Of a DNA stretch of 61,422 nucleotides, positions 36,045 through 45,781 are shown one piece after another. Within the stretch, counting starts at the first letter, position 1. Every line of letters begins with the position of its first letter. The stretch comes from a virus (lineage: Duplodnaviria; Caudoviricetes). Both the position numbers and the translations under genes were made by a program. The DNA is taken from IMG/VR virus record IMGVR_UViG_3300033407_000369, positions 1 through 61,422 of that record, one strand, 5' to 3'. The notes under the pieces are model-generated. The model was given only the letters and a program-made list of their open reading frames with translations. It was not told the DNA's origin and made no database searches.

Positions 36045-38750
36045 TTAAAAAGTGAAAATATTGTCGAACTTTCTTTGCTCAATTGGAGATGGATCTTGAT
36101 TGGTATTCCAGGCGCCGATTTTGTCCAGAATCGCAAGGGTTGTTTTGCCGATACCCTTGATTTCACGTTTGGTTGATGTTTTTGTGAAAAACCCCTTTCC
36201 TTTTATTGGTTTGTGTTCCGCGATCAATTTCGCAACATTGTCCCCGATGCCGTTGATAGACGTGAACGGGGCGAATAGTTGGCCGTCCTTGTCTACGATC
36301 CAGGAAGTGGCGTCCGAAATCCCAATTTTCGGCAATCGCAAAACGGCGCCAGCCCGCTTAGCTTCGGCGATGTAACCCCGGAAATGATCTTTGTTTCCGA
36401 AAGTCAAGCAACAAGCCAGAAATTCCCGTGGATAGTAGGTTTTCAGCCACATATCCCAATATGTAATTACTGAGTATTCGACAGAATGCGAGCGATTAAA
36501 TCCGTACTTGCCGAATGTTGAAATTGTCTTCCAGACCTCTTTTGCTTTCTTTTCGGTCAACGTTTCTTTTTCCGAGCATCCCTTGACAAATTCTGCCTGA
36601 TATTTGTTCAGCTCTTTTGCGCCCTTGCTTTTTGCCATCACCCCGCGAATTTTATTGCAAACGTTCATCGGGATTCCTGCCAGCCGATTGATGACCAGCA
36701 TCACCTGTTCCTGATAGACGATAATTCCCAGAGTATTCTTTGTAATTTCGTCATATATCGGATGGATTTTTTCAATCGCTTCCCGACCATGTTTCCGCTT
36801 GATGAACCTTTCGGCCATGCCGGAATGGAGCGGGCCGGGGCGGAACAGAGCCGTTGCAGCAGAGAGCAGCTCGAAGTTATCAATCCCGAGTTCCTGGCAG
36901 TATCCAGACAAACCTTTTGCGCTGATTTGGAAGGCACCGGCGACGTCGCCCTTGTTGATTTGAGAAAAGACTTTTTCGTCGTCTAGCCGGATGTCTTGGA
37001 AAACAATGTCGATGCCGTGGTTGATCTTAATCATCTTCCGGGATTCATTCAGGACGGACAGGGCAGACAGGCCAAGCACGTCCAGCTTCATCAACCCCAT
37101 ATATTCAGCGTTTTCCTTGTCCCAATTAGCGACAACAGTATTTGAGCGGATGGCCAAATTGCACTTGCGACCTTTTCGTAAATCCTGAGAAGAAATGCAG
37201 ACGGCGGCGGCATGCTGGCCGACTCCTCTTATCTGGCCCTCCAGGGCTTGCGCGACTTCAACCACTTTCGGGTATCTGGCTCGGAAACGGTTGCATTCTT
37301 CGTTGTCGCCGGAAAATGAGGTTTTGATTTGCTCTTTGTCGTCCAGGGCGTCATCCATCGCCTTTGCAGCTTTGTCTACCTCGGAAAGCGGAACGTCAAA
37401 AACCCTGGCCACATCCCGCAATGCGCCCTTACCCCGGATGGTCATAAACGTGGAGAGGCCGGCAACATTATGCTCGCCGTATTTGTCGGACAGATATTTT
37501 CTAACCAATGGGCGTTTGTGGTCTTCAAAATCAAGGTCGATATCTGGGAGGTCAGAGCGATCCGGGGAAATAAACCGGAAAAAGACGAGATCAAACTCTA
37601 TTGGGTCAACATCGGTTATTCCCAGCAGATAGGCGATCAAACTTCCGCCAACGCTGCCACGACCGGGGCCAACCATCACGTCATTCTTCCTGCACCACGT
37701 TATCAAATCCCAGACGATTAGGAAATATTTCTGGAATCCCATTTTTTTGATGAGTGTGAATTCTTCAACTATTCGTTCGTCGTAAATTGTCTTTTGTTCG
37801 GCGGTTTGATTTGGAAGGCGCAGTTGTTTTCCTTTACAAATCAAACTCCAGAGAAACAAATGCTCTTCTTCATCGACTAAATCTAGGCCGATTCCCGGCA
37901 AGGCAATCGGCTGTTGCTTTATCTCGAACCCCTCGCAAATCTTAGCGACCCTGACCGAATTCCGCATTGCTCGTTTGATCTGGCCTTCGTCAAAACAATC
38001 TTGATAGACAAATGCGTCAAACATCTCTTCATAATCTTTCAGGTGCAGGCCGGCAAACGAAAACTTCCAACGGGTTTTGTCCTCCCAGGTTTTCCGGGAT
38101 TGAATAGCCAGCAAAACCTCTTGGTGCATGGCTGATTCAGCGGTCGGATAGTGGCAATCGTTTGTGGCTACCAGCTCCAGGCCATACACTTCTGCCAACT
38201 TCTTGATCCGCTTGTTCAGTTTGATTTGCGGTTCAAAGTCGTGGGGCATAATCTCCAGGAACACCCGCTCTTTTCCGATCTTGTCAATTGCGCCTTGCAG
38301 AAATTCCCGGCCACCTGGCATACCCAGGAACGACATCGAGCAGCCCGACAACACAACCAAACCGTTCAGGTGGGCCAATAGGGTTTGTGGATCTATCCTT
38401 GGCCGGGAATAGAAGCCATCAAGATTAGCAATGGTCAGCATCTTTAAGAGATTGACCCAACCGATTTGATTTTCGACTAATACTGTTATGTGATAGCGCG
38501 TTTCGCCTTTGGGCTTGTCGGCCAGGTTTGGGACGATGTAGAGTTCGCAACCGATCAGCGGCTTGATCCCGACTTCCCGGCATGCTTTCTGGTGGGCCAG
38601 AGCGCCATCGATGTTACCATGATTGCTAATTGCGAGGTGGGTTTGGCCCTTGGCCTTGGCCAGCTCGGCAAATTGCTTGGAACTTCCGATGCCGTCTAGC
38701 ACGGAATATTCGTTGTGTAGGTGCAGGTGGCAGAAGCGCATTTTATTCAC
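36045..38750 (-). CDS. dnaE: DNA polymerase III alpha subunit (C-terminally short)
   Basis: HLHLHNEYSVLDG (PHP), GPGRGSVGGSL, PDIDLDF, KLDVLGL and YGFNRSHS motifs. Confidence 0.97.
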   Translation of the reverse strand: MNKMRFCHLHLHNEYSVLDGIGSSKQFAELAKAKGQTHLAISNHGNIDGALAHQKACREVGIKPLIGCELYIVPNLADKPKGETRYHITVLVENQIGWVNLLKMLTIANLDGFYSRPRIDPQTLLAHLNGLVVLSGCSMSFLGMPGGREFLQGAIDKIGKERVFLEIMPHDFEPQIKLNKRIKKLAEVYGLELVATNDCHYPTAESAMHQEVLLAIQSRKTWEDKTRWKFSFAGLHLKDYEEMFDAFVYQDCFDEGQIKRAMRNSVRVAKICEGFEIKQQPIALPGIGLDLVDEEEHLFLWSLICKGKQLRLPNQTAEQKTIYDERIVEEFTLIKKMGFQKYFLIVWDLITWCRKNDVMVGPGRGSVGGSLIAYLLGITDVDPIEFDLVFFRFISPDRSDLPDIDLDFEDHKRPLVRKYLSDKYGEHNVAGLSTFMTIRGKGALRDVARVFDVPLSEVDKAAKAMDDALDDKEQIKTSFSGDNEECNRFRARYPKVVEVAQALEGQIRGVGQHAAAVCISSQDLRKGRKCNLAIRSNTVVANWDKENAEYMGLMKLDVLGLSALSVLNESRKMIKINHGIDIVFQDIRLDDEKVFSQINKGDVAGAFQISAKGLSGYCQELGIDNFELLSAATALFRPGPLHSGMAERFIKRKHGREAIEKIHPIYDEITKNTLGIIVYQEQVMLVINRLAGIPMNVCNKIRGVMAKSKGAKELNKYQAEFVKGCSEKETLTEKKAKEVWKTISTFGKYGFNRSHSVEYSVITYWDMWLKTYYPREFLACCLTFGNKDHFRGYIAEAKRAGAVLRLPKIGISDATSWIVDKDGQLFAPFTSINGIGDNVAKLIAEHKPIKGKGFFTKTSTKREIKGIGKTTLAILDKIGAWNTNQDPSPIEQRKFDNIFTF

Positions 38751-39666
38751 ACAATCCGTAAATTGAACTACATTCGGTCGTCTCCGGCTTCGTTAGCCCA
38801 AAGCCGATTCGCTTGCCGCCATAGTGGGTTTTAGACCATCTTACCACGGCATCTATATGCGCACGGCTGTATCCTTCACCGGGGATGGTATCGCTCGAGA
38901 AAAACGTGGCGCATTGCCAGGGGGTTGCTTGAGCAACCATTCTTTCCCATTCTCGGATTCGGTCAATCACTTCGGGGAATCTGGCCTGAATTTGGAACAT
39001 TTCGTCTTTTCCGCAATGAATACACGGCATGCATCCAACTCGCTTAAACCCCATTGAATATAGCGGGTTCGGTTTTATTCCATGCCTTTTTGCCATTGTG
39101 AAAGTTCGTTCTGCGGTCCATCCCAAAATAGGTCGCACGACAATAAAATATTTATCTTCCCTCTGCCATTGGGGGAGATGCATTCTTGCAAGAGATTCGT
39201 CCGCACGTACCCCTTGCCATGAATATACCCGCTCCCCGTCCTGTTGTTTTGAATTGCTAAAATCGGTAAGAATTTCCCGCTTTAATTCCACGGAGCAAAA
39301 CCTCGCTTTAGTTGACGGGAAGCGAGATTTATATATCGCCAAATCTAAAAAAGGGCTGCCGGTTGGCACCAGTAGGTTGGCGGCACTATCTGCGAATTCT
39401 TGGGATACGCCATGCTTTCCAGGCCATTTTGTTTTGATAAACTCCGCCTTTTTGGCCATTCTTACCGAAAAATCGGCCTTAACTCTGAATATTGGCCCTG
39501 TTGCCTCTTCCAAATAATCCAAATAATCCATTGTAACTTGGTGTTCGTTGCCAGTATCGGCAAAGACGGCGATGTGCTCAATGCCTTTTTCAATGGCGAC
39601 TAGGCGAGTAGCAAGGCTATCCTTCCCCCCGCTCATGCTGATTATATGGGTTGCTTTGGGTCGCAT
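38743..39666 (-). CDS. PAPS reductase-family (PP-loop) protein
   Basis: SGGKDS, DTGNE, RFCS-x-x-LK, GVRADES-x-x-R and RVGCMPC motifs. Confidence 0.85.
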   Translation of the reverse strand: MRPKATHIISMSGGKDSLATRLVAIEKGIEHIAVFADTGNEHQVTMDYLDYLEEATGPIFRVKADFSVRMAKKAEFIKTKWPGKHGVSQEFADSAANLLVPTGSPFLDLAIYKSRFPSTKARFCSVELKREILTDFSNSKQQDGERVYSWQGVRADESLARMHLPQWQREDKYFIVVRPILGWTAERTFTMAKRHGIKPNPLYSMGFKRVGCMPCIHCGKDEMFQIQARFPEVIDRIREWERMVAQATPWQCATFFSSDTIPGEGYSRAHIDAVVRWSKTHYGGKRIGFGLTKPETTECSSIYGLCE

Positions 39667-40686
39667 CTACTCTCCAATCAAACAAATTACATGCTTGAAA
39701 TTCTCACCCTCGAACAGCATCGAATTTTCCCCAACCACGCAGTGCGTCACGTGATCCAGGATATCGGCCAGCATCGACGGGGACACCAGGAATTCAATCT
39801 TATCCCCGCTGAACGCGCAATTGACCGATTCTTCGAACCACCCATAGTCCCCTTCGCCCCGGATGACCATGCGCTTGTTCTCGACCGTGATCTTGACTTC
39901 CTCGTCCCGCGCAATCTGGGCGTTGCTAAACACCCCGGCCTTGTCCAGCACTTCCTTCATCGATCCGGGCAACTTCAGCTCCACCCCTTCGACAATTAGG
40001 AATGGTGAAATGTCCGGGAATTCGTCGGCGTAGGTGCGACACGAGAAGACCACGCCATTCTTGGCCCTAAAATGCGCCCAGCCGGTCGTCTGGCAGAATT
40101 CCTTAACCGAGTACCGCACCAGGCTCTTCGCGGCGGTGGCGGGAATACAGAGGCTTTCCTTGAAGGCTTTCTTACCGGCCTGCCCGATGTCAATCCGGAT
40201 GATCCGGAAGTCGTCACTGGCTTCGATGAGTTGGCCCTTGATATGGCAGCAGGTCAGGATCGGCTTGCTCATGTCTTTAGCGGCAAAGTTCATGGCCATC
40301 TTCAGGGCGGGCAGGAAGGTATCGGGAATGGCCGTAAACTTGTCAGCCAGGGTTCCTAGCTCGTCCAACGGCAATTTGATTTCCGCTTCGATCTTGATGC
40401 CGGCCTTGGCCCGCTTCCCGGAAATCAGGAGTTCGTTGTCGGTGATTTGGATGTCGATGTCGTCGTCCTTGAGCTTGGATACCAGGGCGTACAGTTCGTT
40501 TGCTCGGACGGCCCCGGTGATTTGAAGATCAAGGGGATGGCGGACGGCGATTTCGTCGTTGTAGGTTACGACCTCGCCGGGCAGGAATGCGAAGGAAGTT
40601 GCTTGTTCAATCACGTCTCGCTGCCCCAACCCCGGACGAACTGCATCAAGAATCGCAACAAATTCGGCTTTATTTATTTTTGCCAT
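39667..40686 (-). CDS. dnaN: DNA polymerase III beta sliding clamp
   Basis: 339 aa; ASDDFRI (cf. ATDGHRL), EFPD; in the replisome block. Confidence 0.8.
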   Translation of the reverse strand: MAKINKAEFVAILDAVRPGLGQRDVIEQATSFAFLPGEVVTYNDEIAVRHPLDLQITGAVRANELYALVSKLKDDDIDIQITDNELLISGKRAKAGIKIEAEIKLPLDELGTLADKFTAIPDTFLPALKMAMNFAAKDMSKPILTCCHIKGQLIEASDDFRIIRIDIGQAGKKAFKESLCIPATAAKSLVRYSVKEFCQTTGWAHFRAKNGVVFSCRTYADEFPDISPFLIVEGVELKLPGSMKEVLDKAGVFSNAQIARDEEVKITVENKRMVIRGEGDYGWFEESVNCAFSGDKIEFLVSPSMLADILDHVTHCVVGENSMLFEGENFKHVICLIGE

Positions 40687-41302
40687 ACCGGTTCTCCTTC
40701 AATGATTTTGATATTTTTAGTTTGGTTTCTTCTGAACAAACTCTGCCCCGGCTCTTAGCCCCTATTCGACTTTTTGTCAGCTCACTTCTTTTGGCTCCTA
40801 GGTTATGGCTTATCACGTGCGCGGAATGGTTAGTCACCGTTAAATTTTCAATTCTATCATCAGAAGGGTCACCGTTAATGTGGTGAACTATTTCGTTGCT
40901 CAATAATGAGCGTCCTATTCCTTTTTCTACGACAATTCTTGCGCGGGCTTTATATTCACCCTTAGAAATTCTAATAAAAATACGACCGCCCTTCACCGTC
41001 ATTATCCCGCCGCTCCAATTATGGTGTTTATCACCAGATTTCGCTTCGGATAGCTTTCGACGAGTTTGTTCTGATTTTATTCTACCAGTGCTGGAAACAG
41101 ATAATTTTTTTCTGGTTTCTTCTGAAATTTTTATATTCTTCCTGGACTCAGAAAGGCGCTCTTTTGTTTTTTTTGAATGTTGTTTGCCATAAAAAGGATT
41201 GTCTTCCCCATGCGTATTGTGCCCAGAAACATAGCTGCGAAATTCTCCGGGTTTGAATTCGTTAACTTCTTGACCACAACCACATTTGCATTCTCGCGAC
41301 AT
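40670..41302 (-). mobile_element. Free-standing NUMOD3/HNH homing endonuclease
   Basis: NPFYGKQHS and SEETRKKLS repeats; VHHINGDPSDDRIENL. Confidence 0.88.
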
Positions 41303-41365
41303 TTTTGCCCTCCCTATAGGTTGATTTTCAGAATAATAACCTGGGTTGGCGAAGAAAGCTGTATT

Positions 41366-41434
41366 TTATTTATCCTTTGCGGCCAGACCTGGCTTGACAG
41401 CTTCGAGGGCTTCCAGTAGGGTTTTCTTTAACAT
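41366..41434 (-). pseudogene. Remnant 5' end of a dnaN allele (MLKKTLLEALEAVKPGLAAKDK*)
   Basis: Aligns with the dnaN N-terminus (FVAILDAVRPGLGQRD); own RBS AAGGAG. Confidence 0.6.
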
Positions 41435-41446
41435 TTTGGCTCCTTG

Positions 41447-42151
41447 TTATTTGATTGCGATCCAGCCGGCAAAATTCATCCAGCGCCATATACAATCGAC
41501 ATTTTTAAACCCTGCCATGTGGAGAAGTTCTTCGTTCCATTTTGCGGTAACTGGGACAAGGACACCTTCGAGAGACATTTTTTTTCTCTGGATTTGCTCT
41601 TCGGAGTACCCGTTTGCCCTTTTCATATCGAGGTAGGCAGAAACCATTACTCGATCAATATACGAATTGGCGCCAAGAACTTTCTCAATAAAAATAAATG
41701 CACCGCCAGGGAGCAGATGATTATAGACCGATTGAACAATCCATTGACGATACTCAATCGGGACAAACTGAATAGTTAGAACGGACAAAATAAGATTCGC
41801 TGGCGCTATCGACCCCGGAATTCCTTCGCGGAGATCGTGCATTTCTATTTTTACACAATCATTCCCCGAAAACCTTTTTTTAGCGGCAGAAATCATTGGA
41901 GCCGAATATTCAAGGCCAAAAAATTTATTTTCGGCGCCGTTCGCGATTAGTCCTGCGATTGCTTCGCCACGAGAGCATCCAATGTCAATTACTACCGAAC
42001 GGCCATTGATGAACCTCTTCGCGATTTCAGTGGTAATATTCCGCATTATTTCGTACTGTGGAATTGATCGGCCAAGCATATCGTCAAAGCAAGAAGTTAC
42101 ACCCTCATCAAATTCCCATTTCTTACCCGGCTGAACATTATCTTTATTCAT
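41447..42151 (-). CDS. cmoA: CmoA-like carboxy-SAM synthase
   Basis: FDE-x-V-x-x-x-FDDML-x-RSIP-x-Y, DIGCSRG, TIQF, EK, K-x-x-x-LEGV and NF-x-x-x-IA-x-K motifs. Confidence 0.8.
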   Translation of the reverse strand: MNKDNVQPGKKWEFDEGVTSCFDDMLGRSIPQYEIMRNITTEIAKRFINGRSVVIDIGCSRGEAIAGLIANGAENKFFGLEYSAPMISAAKKRFSGNDCVKIEMHDLREGIPGSIAPANLILSVLTIQFVPIEYRQWIVQSVYNHLLPGGAFIFIEKVLGANSYIDRVMVSAYLDMKRANGYSEEQIQRKKMSLEGVLVPVTAKWNEELLHMAGFKNVDCIWRWMNFAGWIAIK

Positions 42152-43581
42152 AGCCCGAACCCTCCAGCTGGTGCCAAATACTTATTCTTGAATTCGTTGC
42201 GGTAAAATGCCATCGCTTGCTGCTTGCCGCCAAATATCTTTTGAATGTCTTCTTTAATCCCTGCGCCATCTTGAAAAGCTACTTTTGGGCGGTAAAGAAT
42301 TTCTTTATCTATTATACTTAATGAAAACGCCGCTGACAAAATATTTTTCAGATTTTTCCCATCTCTTATTATTTCAACTGGTAGCGACAGCAAAAACCGG
42401 ACTAAATTTTTATTTAAAAATGGCAACCGGCTTTCTACTCCAAAATGCATAAATATTTTATTGGTTCTCGGGAAGTTTTTCTTTTCTTGAGAAGAAAAAA
42501 GCTCTTTTCTGTATTGATGAAAATCCTGTTTTTTTAATTGGTGATAGCTGAATGCATAGCTCGCGAGCAATTCATCAGCACCCTCGCCGGAAAAAACTAC
42601 TTTGAAACCATCTTCGCTAATTTTTTTTGCTAACCAATAACAGATCCAGCCAATCTCGATTTGCGCTTTATACGGCATTTCAATAATGTCAATTATTTTA
42701 CTAAGGTCTCCCCTTATTGGCCGGGGGATTTTCACTTCGACCAGTTTAATACTCAGGGTATCCGCCAGTTTCCTTGCATATTTAAGATCGTTCGATTTTT
42801 CATTATATACCGCGGTATACGCGGTGATATCAGGAGTTGTCAGTGAAAGTAAATATGTAATAATCGAACTGTCAATACCGCCAGAAAGCAATGTACAGAC
42901 CGGTACATCCGAAATGGTTCTTTCCAACACAGACTTTTCTAAAAAGGTACGAACCTTTTTCGACGAAGCATCAACATTAAGCGAGCTTTTTGTAATTGGA
43001 ACCTCGTAAAAAGGCGCTGCTGAATACCCTTTTGCGGTAATTTTTAAAATAGATCCTGGTGGGGCATTCATCGAAAGGGCAATAGGAGCACCAATTTGCT
43101 TCAAAACTTTTAATTCAGAACAAAACTGAAATGGATATTTTGGAATAAAATGAAGCGGGATTTCTCCAAAAATATCCCTCGCCAAATAGAATCCATCTTC
43201 TCCAGCTACGCACCAGGCAACAGCAAACATACCACCTAGCCGCTCAATTCCCTTTGCCCCAAATTTATCTATTATGGCCGCAACAACTTCGGTGTCGGAA
43301 TCGGTGTTGAATATCACTCCAGCTTGCTGAAGTTCTGTTTTTAATTCGCGGTAGTTCCAGATTTCTCCGTTGAACGAAATTGTTACCGATCCAAAGGTAA
43401 ACGGCTGATTCCCTCGTTCGGAAAGATCAATTATTGATAATCTTGTATGGCCAAAAATTACAGTATCGTTCGAAAATATTCCTTCTGAATCTGGCCCCCG
43501 ATGTCGTAGCAGTTTAACCGCACGTCGAATATCTATAGCAGATTTCGGCCCACAATTAAACTGCCCGACGATGCCACACAT
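42148..43581 (-). CDS. asnB: Asparagine synthetase B-like amidotransferase
   Basis: MCGI, HRGPD, RLSIID, NGEIWN, SDTEV, LLSGGIDSS and SGEGADE motifs. Confidence 0.93.
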   Translation of the reverse strand: MCGIVGQFNCGPKSAIDIRRAVKLLRHRGPDSEGIFSNDTVIFGHTRLSIIDLSERGNQPFTFGSVTISFNGEIWNYRELKTELQQAGVIFNTDSDTEVVAAIIDKFGAKGIERLGGMFAVAWCVAGEDGFYLARDIFGEIPLHFIPKYPFQFCSELKVLKQIGAPIALSMNAPPGSILKITAKGYSAAPFYEVPITKSSLNVDASSKKVRTFLEKSVLERTISDVPVCTLLSGGIDSSIITYLLSLTTPDITAYTAVYNEKSNDLKYARKLADTLSIKLVEVKIPRPIRGDLSKIIDIIEMPYKAQIEIGWICYWLAKKISEDGFKVVFSGEGADELLASYAFSYHQLKKQDFHQYRKELFSSQEKKNFPRTNKIFMHFGVESRLPFLNKNLVRFLLSLPVEIIRDGKNLKNILSAAFSLSIIDKEILYRPKVAFQDGAGIKEDIQKIFGGKQQAMAFYRNEFKNKYLAPAGGFGL

Positions 43582-44678
43582 TATATTTTACTCAGAATAG
43601 TGTTATAAATATGTTCTGCGACCACTTTCATCATTAACGGTGGCACCGCCCTCCCAAGGCGCTCCCATTTTTTTATAAAATTGCCGTGGAGAATATAGTC
43701 GTCAGGGAAAGACATAATACGCAGGCATTCTTGCAGTGAAATGAAACGAAGTTCGTCAAAATGCATATAACTCTTAACGCGACTTGCTAAAATTGTGGGG
43801 GACGGTAGATCCTTATGCAGCCGATGAAAATTATACCCGTGGCCCTTTGGATGTATATCGCCAATAGATTGGCCTGGCTGCAGCTTTCGGAACCAATCAC
43901 CATAGGTTCCGCCAGGTATTGTTAAATATGAGAGATTTTCTTCGTCCCAAATAATCGGGTCGATATTTCGAAATGCAGAACTGGCACTAATCCATTTTTC
44001 AACAGTCCTTTTGGGAAACGAAGGAGAAATACCAAGATCATCACGAACTCCAATTATAATAAGGCGCTCTCTTGTCTGTGGAACACCGTAATCTGCCGAA
44101 TTCAAAATTTTCCAGCGGACTTTATACCCCGCTTTTTTAAATTCGGAAAGTATCGATACACTTTTGTTTAGGCCAAATCCAGAATTAACTCCGCCGAGAA
44201 TAGCTTTCGCCGCACCAATTGATAACCCTTTGACATTTTCCGAAATAAAGACTTTCGGGCGAACTTCACGCAAAATCCGCACAAATTCAAAAAATAAGTC
44301 GTCGACACGTTGATTTGTATCGCTATATTTTTTTACTTTTCCCCACGCCTTCTCGCGTTTGCCAGACATACTGAATGATGCACATGGCGGGCTTCCATCC
44401 AATATATCCAAGTCGCCTGGTTTGATTCTCAGGCGACGGCATATCATATTCCCAGTTAATTCTCGAATATCTCCGGGGAATATAAATGTATTCGGATAAT
44501 TAGCCCGGTACGTATCAACTGCCGATGGGATAAATTCGTTGATAGCGAGAATCTTCCCTCCTGCTAGGCGGTAACCAGTTGAAGACCCGCCACCGCCAGC
44601 AAAGGTAGAAACGACGGTGAAAAGCCCTTTCTTTTCACCGTCGTAAACATCTTTTATTGAATAAGGGATCGAAATCAT
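43581..44678 (-). CDS. C5 cytosine DNA methyltransferase, possibly a carboxymethyltransferase
   Basis: FAGGGG, GSPPC, ENV and YGVPQ-x-RER motifs; motif X reads LGRAVPP instead of GNAVPP. Confidence 0.9.
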   Translation of the reverse strand: MISIPYSIKDVYDGEKKGLFTVVSTFAGGGGSSTGYRLAGGKILAINEFIPSAVDTYRANYPNTFIFPGDIRELTGNMICRRLRIKPGDLDILDGSPPCASFSMSGKREKAWGKVKKYSDTNQRVDDLFFEFVRILREVRPKVFISENVKGLSIGAAKAILGGVNSGFGLNKSVSILSEFKKAGYKVRWKILNSADYGVPQTRERLIIIGVRDDLGISPSFPKRTVEKWISASSAFRNIDPIIWDEENLSYLTIPGGTYGDWFRKLQPGQSIGDIHPKGHGYNFHRLHKDLPSPTILASRVKSYMHFDELRFISLQECLRIMSFPDDYILHGNFIKKWERLGRAVPPLMMKVVAEHIYNTILSKI

Positions 44679-45448
44679 TTCTTGATCTTCATGATTCCAT
44701 TTTTATCCTTCTCGACAACCGTTCCGGTGCGTTCGGCGGTTTCCTTAATCGCAAATCCTACCTGGCCTTTGAACTCTTTCACAAGATCGTCATGGCTCGC
44801 TTTCCCGGTTGCGATCTTGTCCATCACCTGTGATTTCTTACAGCCTGGACGGAATCCCCATTTGTCCTTTTCGTGGATGATGCCACCCTTCTTGGCCTTG
44901 GGAGTCCCACTTGCCTTGGTAGCAGCCTTGCCGGCCTTCTTGGCAACCGGCTTTGCAACGCCCAGCATCTTCAGGGTGGCCCAGGCGGCATCGGTCAGCT
45001 TTCCGGCATCGGAGGCGTCAAGGGTTCCTGCCGCTTCGGTGATGCTGTGGATGATTTCCAGGTCGGGAATGCCATCGACCTCGATCTCGACCATGCCTTC
45101 GATACCATTCAGTTCGCCGGCCAGGGCGGTCAGTTCTTCCAGGGTCGGCTCGGCGGCCTTAGCGGCAGGTTTCTTGGTGGTCTTAGCCGGGGCTTTCTTG
45201 GCGGCAGGCTTGGCCTTCTCCTTGGCCTTGGCAGCCGGCAGATCGGCGCCGATGGCTTCCAGGGTATCATGGGTTTCGGCGCCGATATCGTCCTCGACGT
45301 CCAGCAGCCCGGCGGCGGTAAGCAGCCCTTCCTTAAGCGCGTCCGGCTTGGCCTTGACGTCGATCTGCGGGTTCAGGTCCAGCAGAGTGTTGAGTTCCTT
45401 GGCCGCATTGACCAGTTCGCCACGCTTGACTTCTTTCTTGTCTGCCAT
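44675..45448 (-). CDS. Lys/Ala-rich histone-like DNA-binding protein (putative)
   Basis: Two related helical domains joined by KPAAKKAPAK linkers; RBS AAGGAG. Confidence 0.55.
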   Translation of the reverse strand: MADKKEVKRGELVNAAKELNTLLDLNPQIDVKAKPDALKEGLLTAAGLLDVEDDIGAETHDTLEAIGADLPAAKAKEKAKPAAKKAPAKTTKKPAAKAAEPTLEELTALAGELNGIEGMVEIEVDGIPDLEIIHSITEAAGTLDASDAGKLTDAAWATLKMLGVAKPVAKKAGKAATKASGTPKAKKGGIIHEKDKWGFRPGCKKSQVMDKIATGKASHDDLVKEFKGQVGFAIKETAERTGTVVEKDKNGIMKIKK

Positions 45449-45781
45449 TTTAATTCTCCTTCGTTCTGGTTTTGATTTTTGGCCATCCGGCCTGATTGAC
45501 AAATCCAGAATATTAGATTGCAAAACGAAAAGCTACAATTATTTTGCTGGATCCCAAATTTTTATTTGCTCTAGCTGGCTACCCCGGGATTTAACGGCCG
45601 GGACAGCCAAAACAACAAATAAATTAGTCCTGTTTTCTGTAGGGATTACTTTTTACAAACTCATAGTCGGCTTTAACAACCCCGGCGCATAATTTACCTC
45701 CTTTGGCCAAATGCCTATTTGGTTATATGATTTGCTATAACCTATTATACTCAGCCGCCCCGATTTTCAGAAAATTATTTT

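Noticed and set aside
40670-41434. Group I intron splitting dnaN
   Set aside because: Too little non-coding sequence for a ribozyme core, and the downstream dnaN has its own RBS and complete N-terminus.
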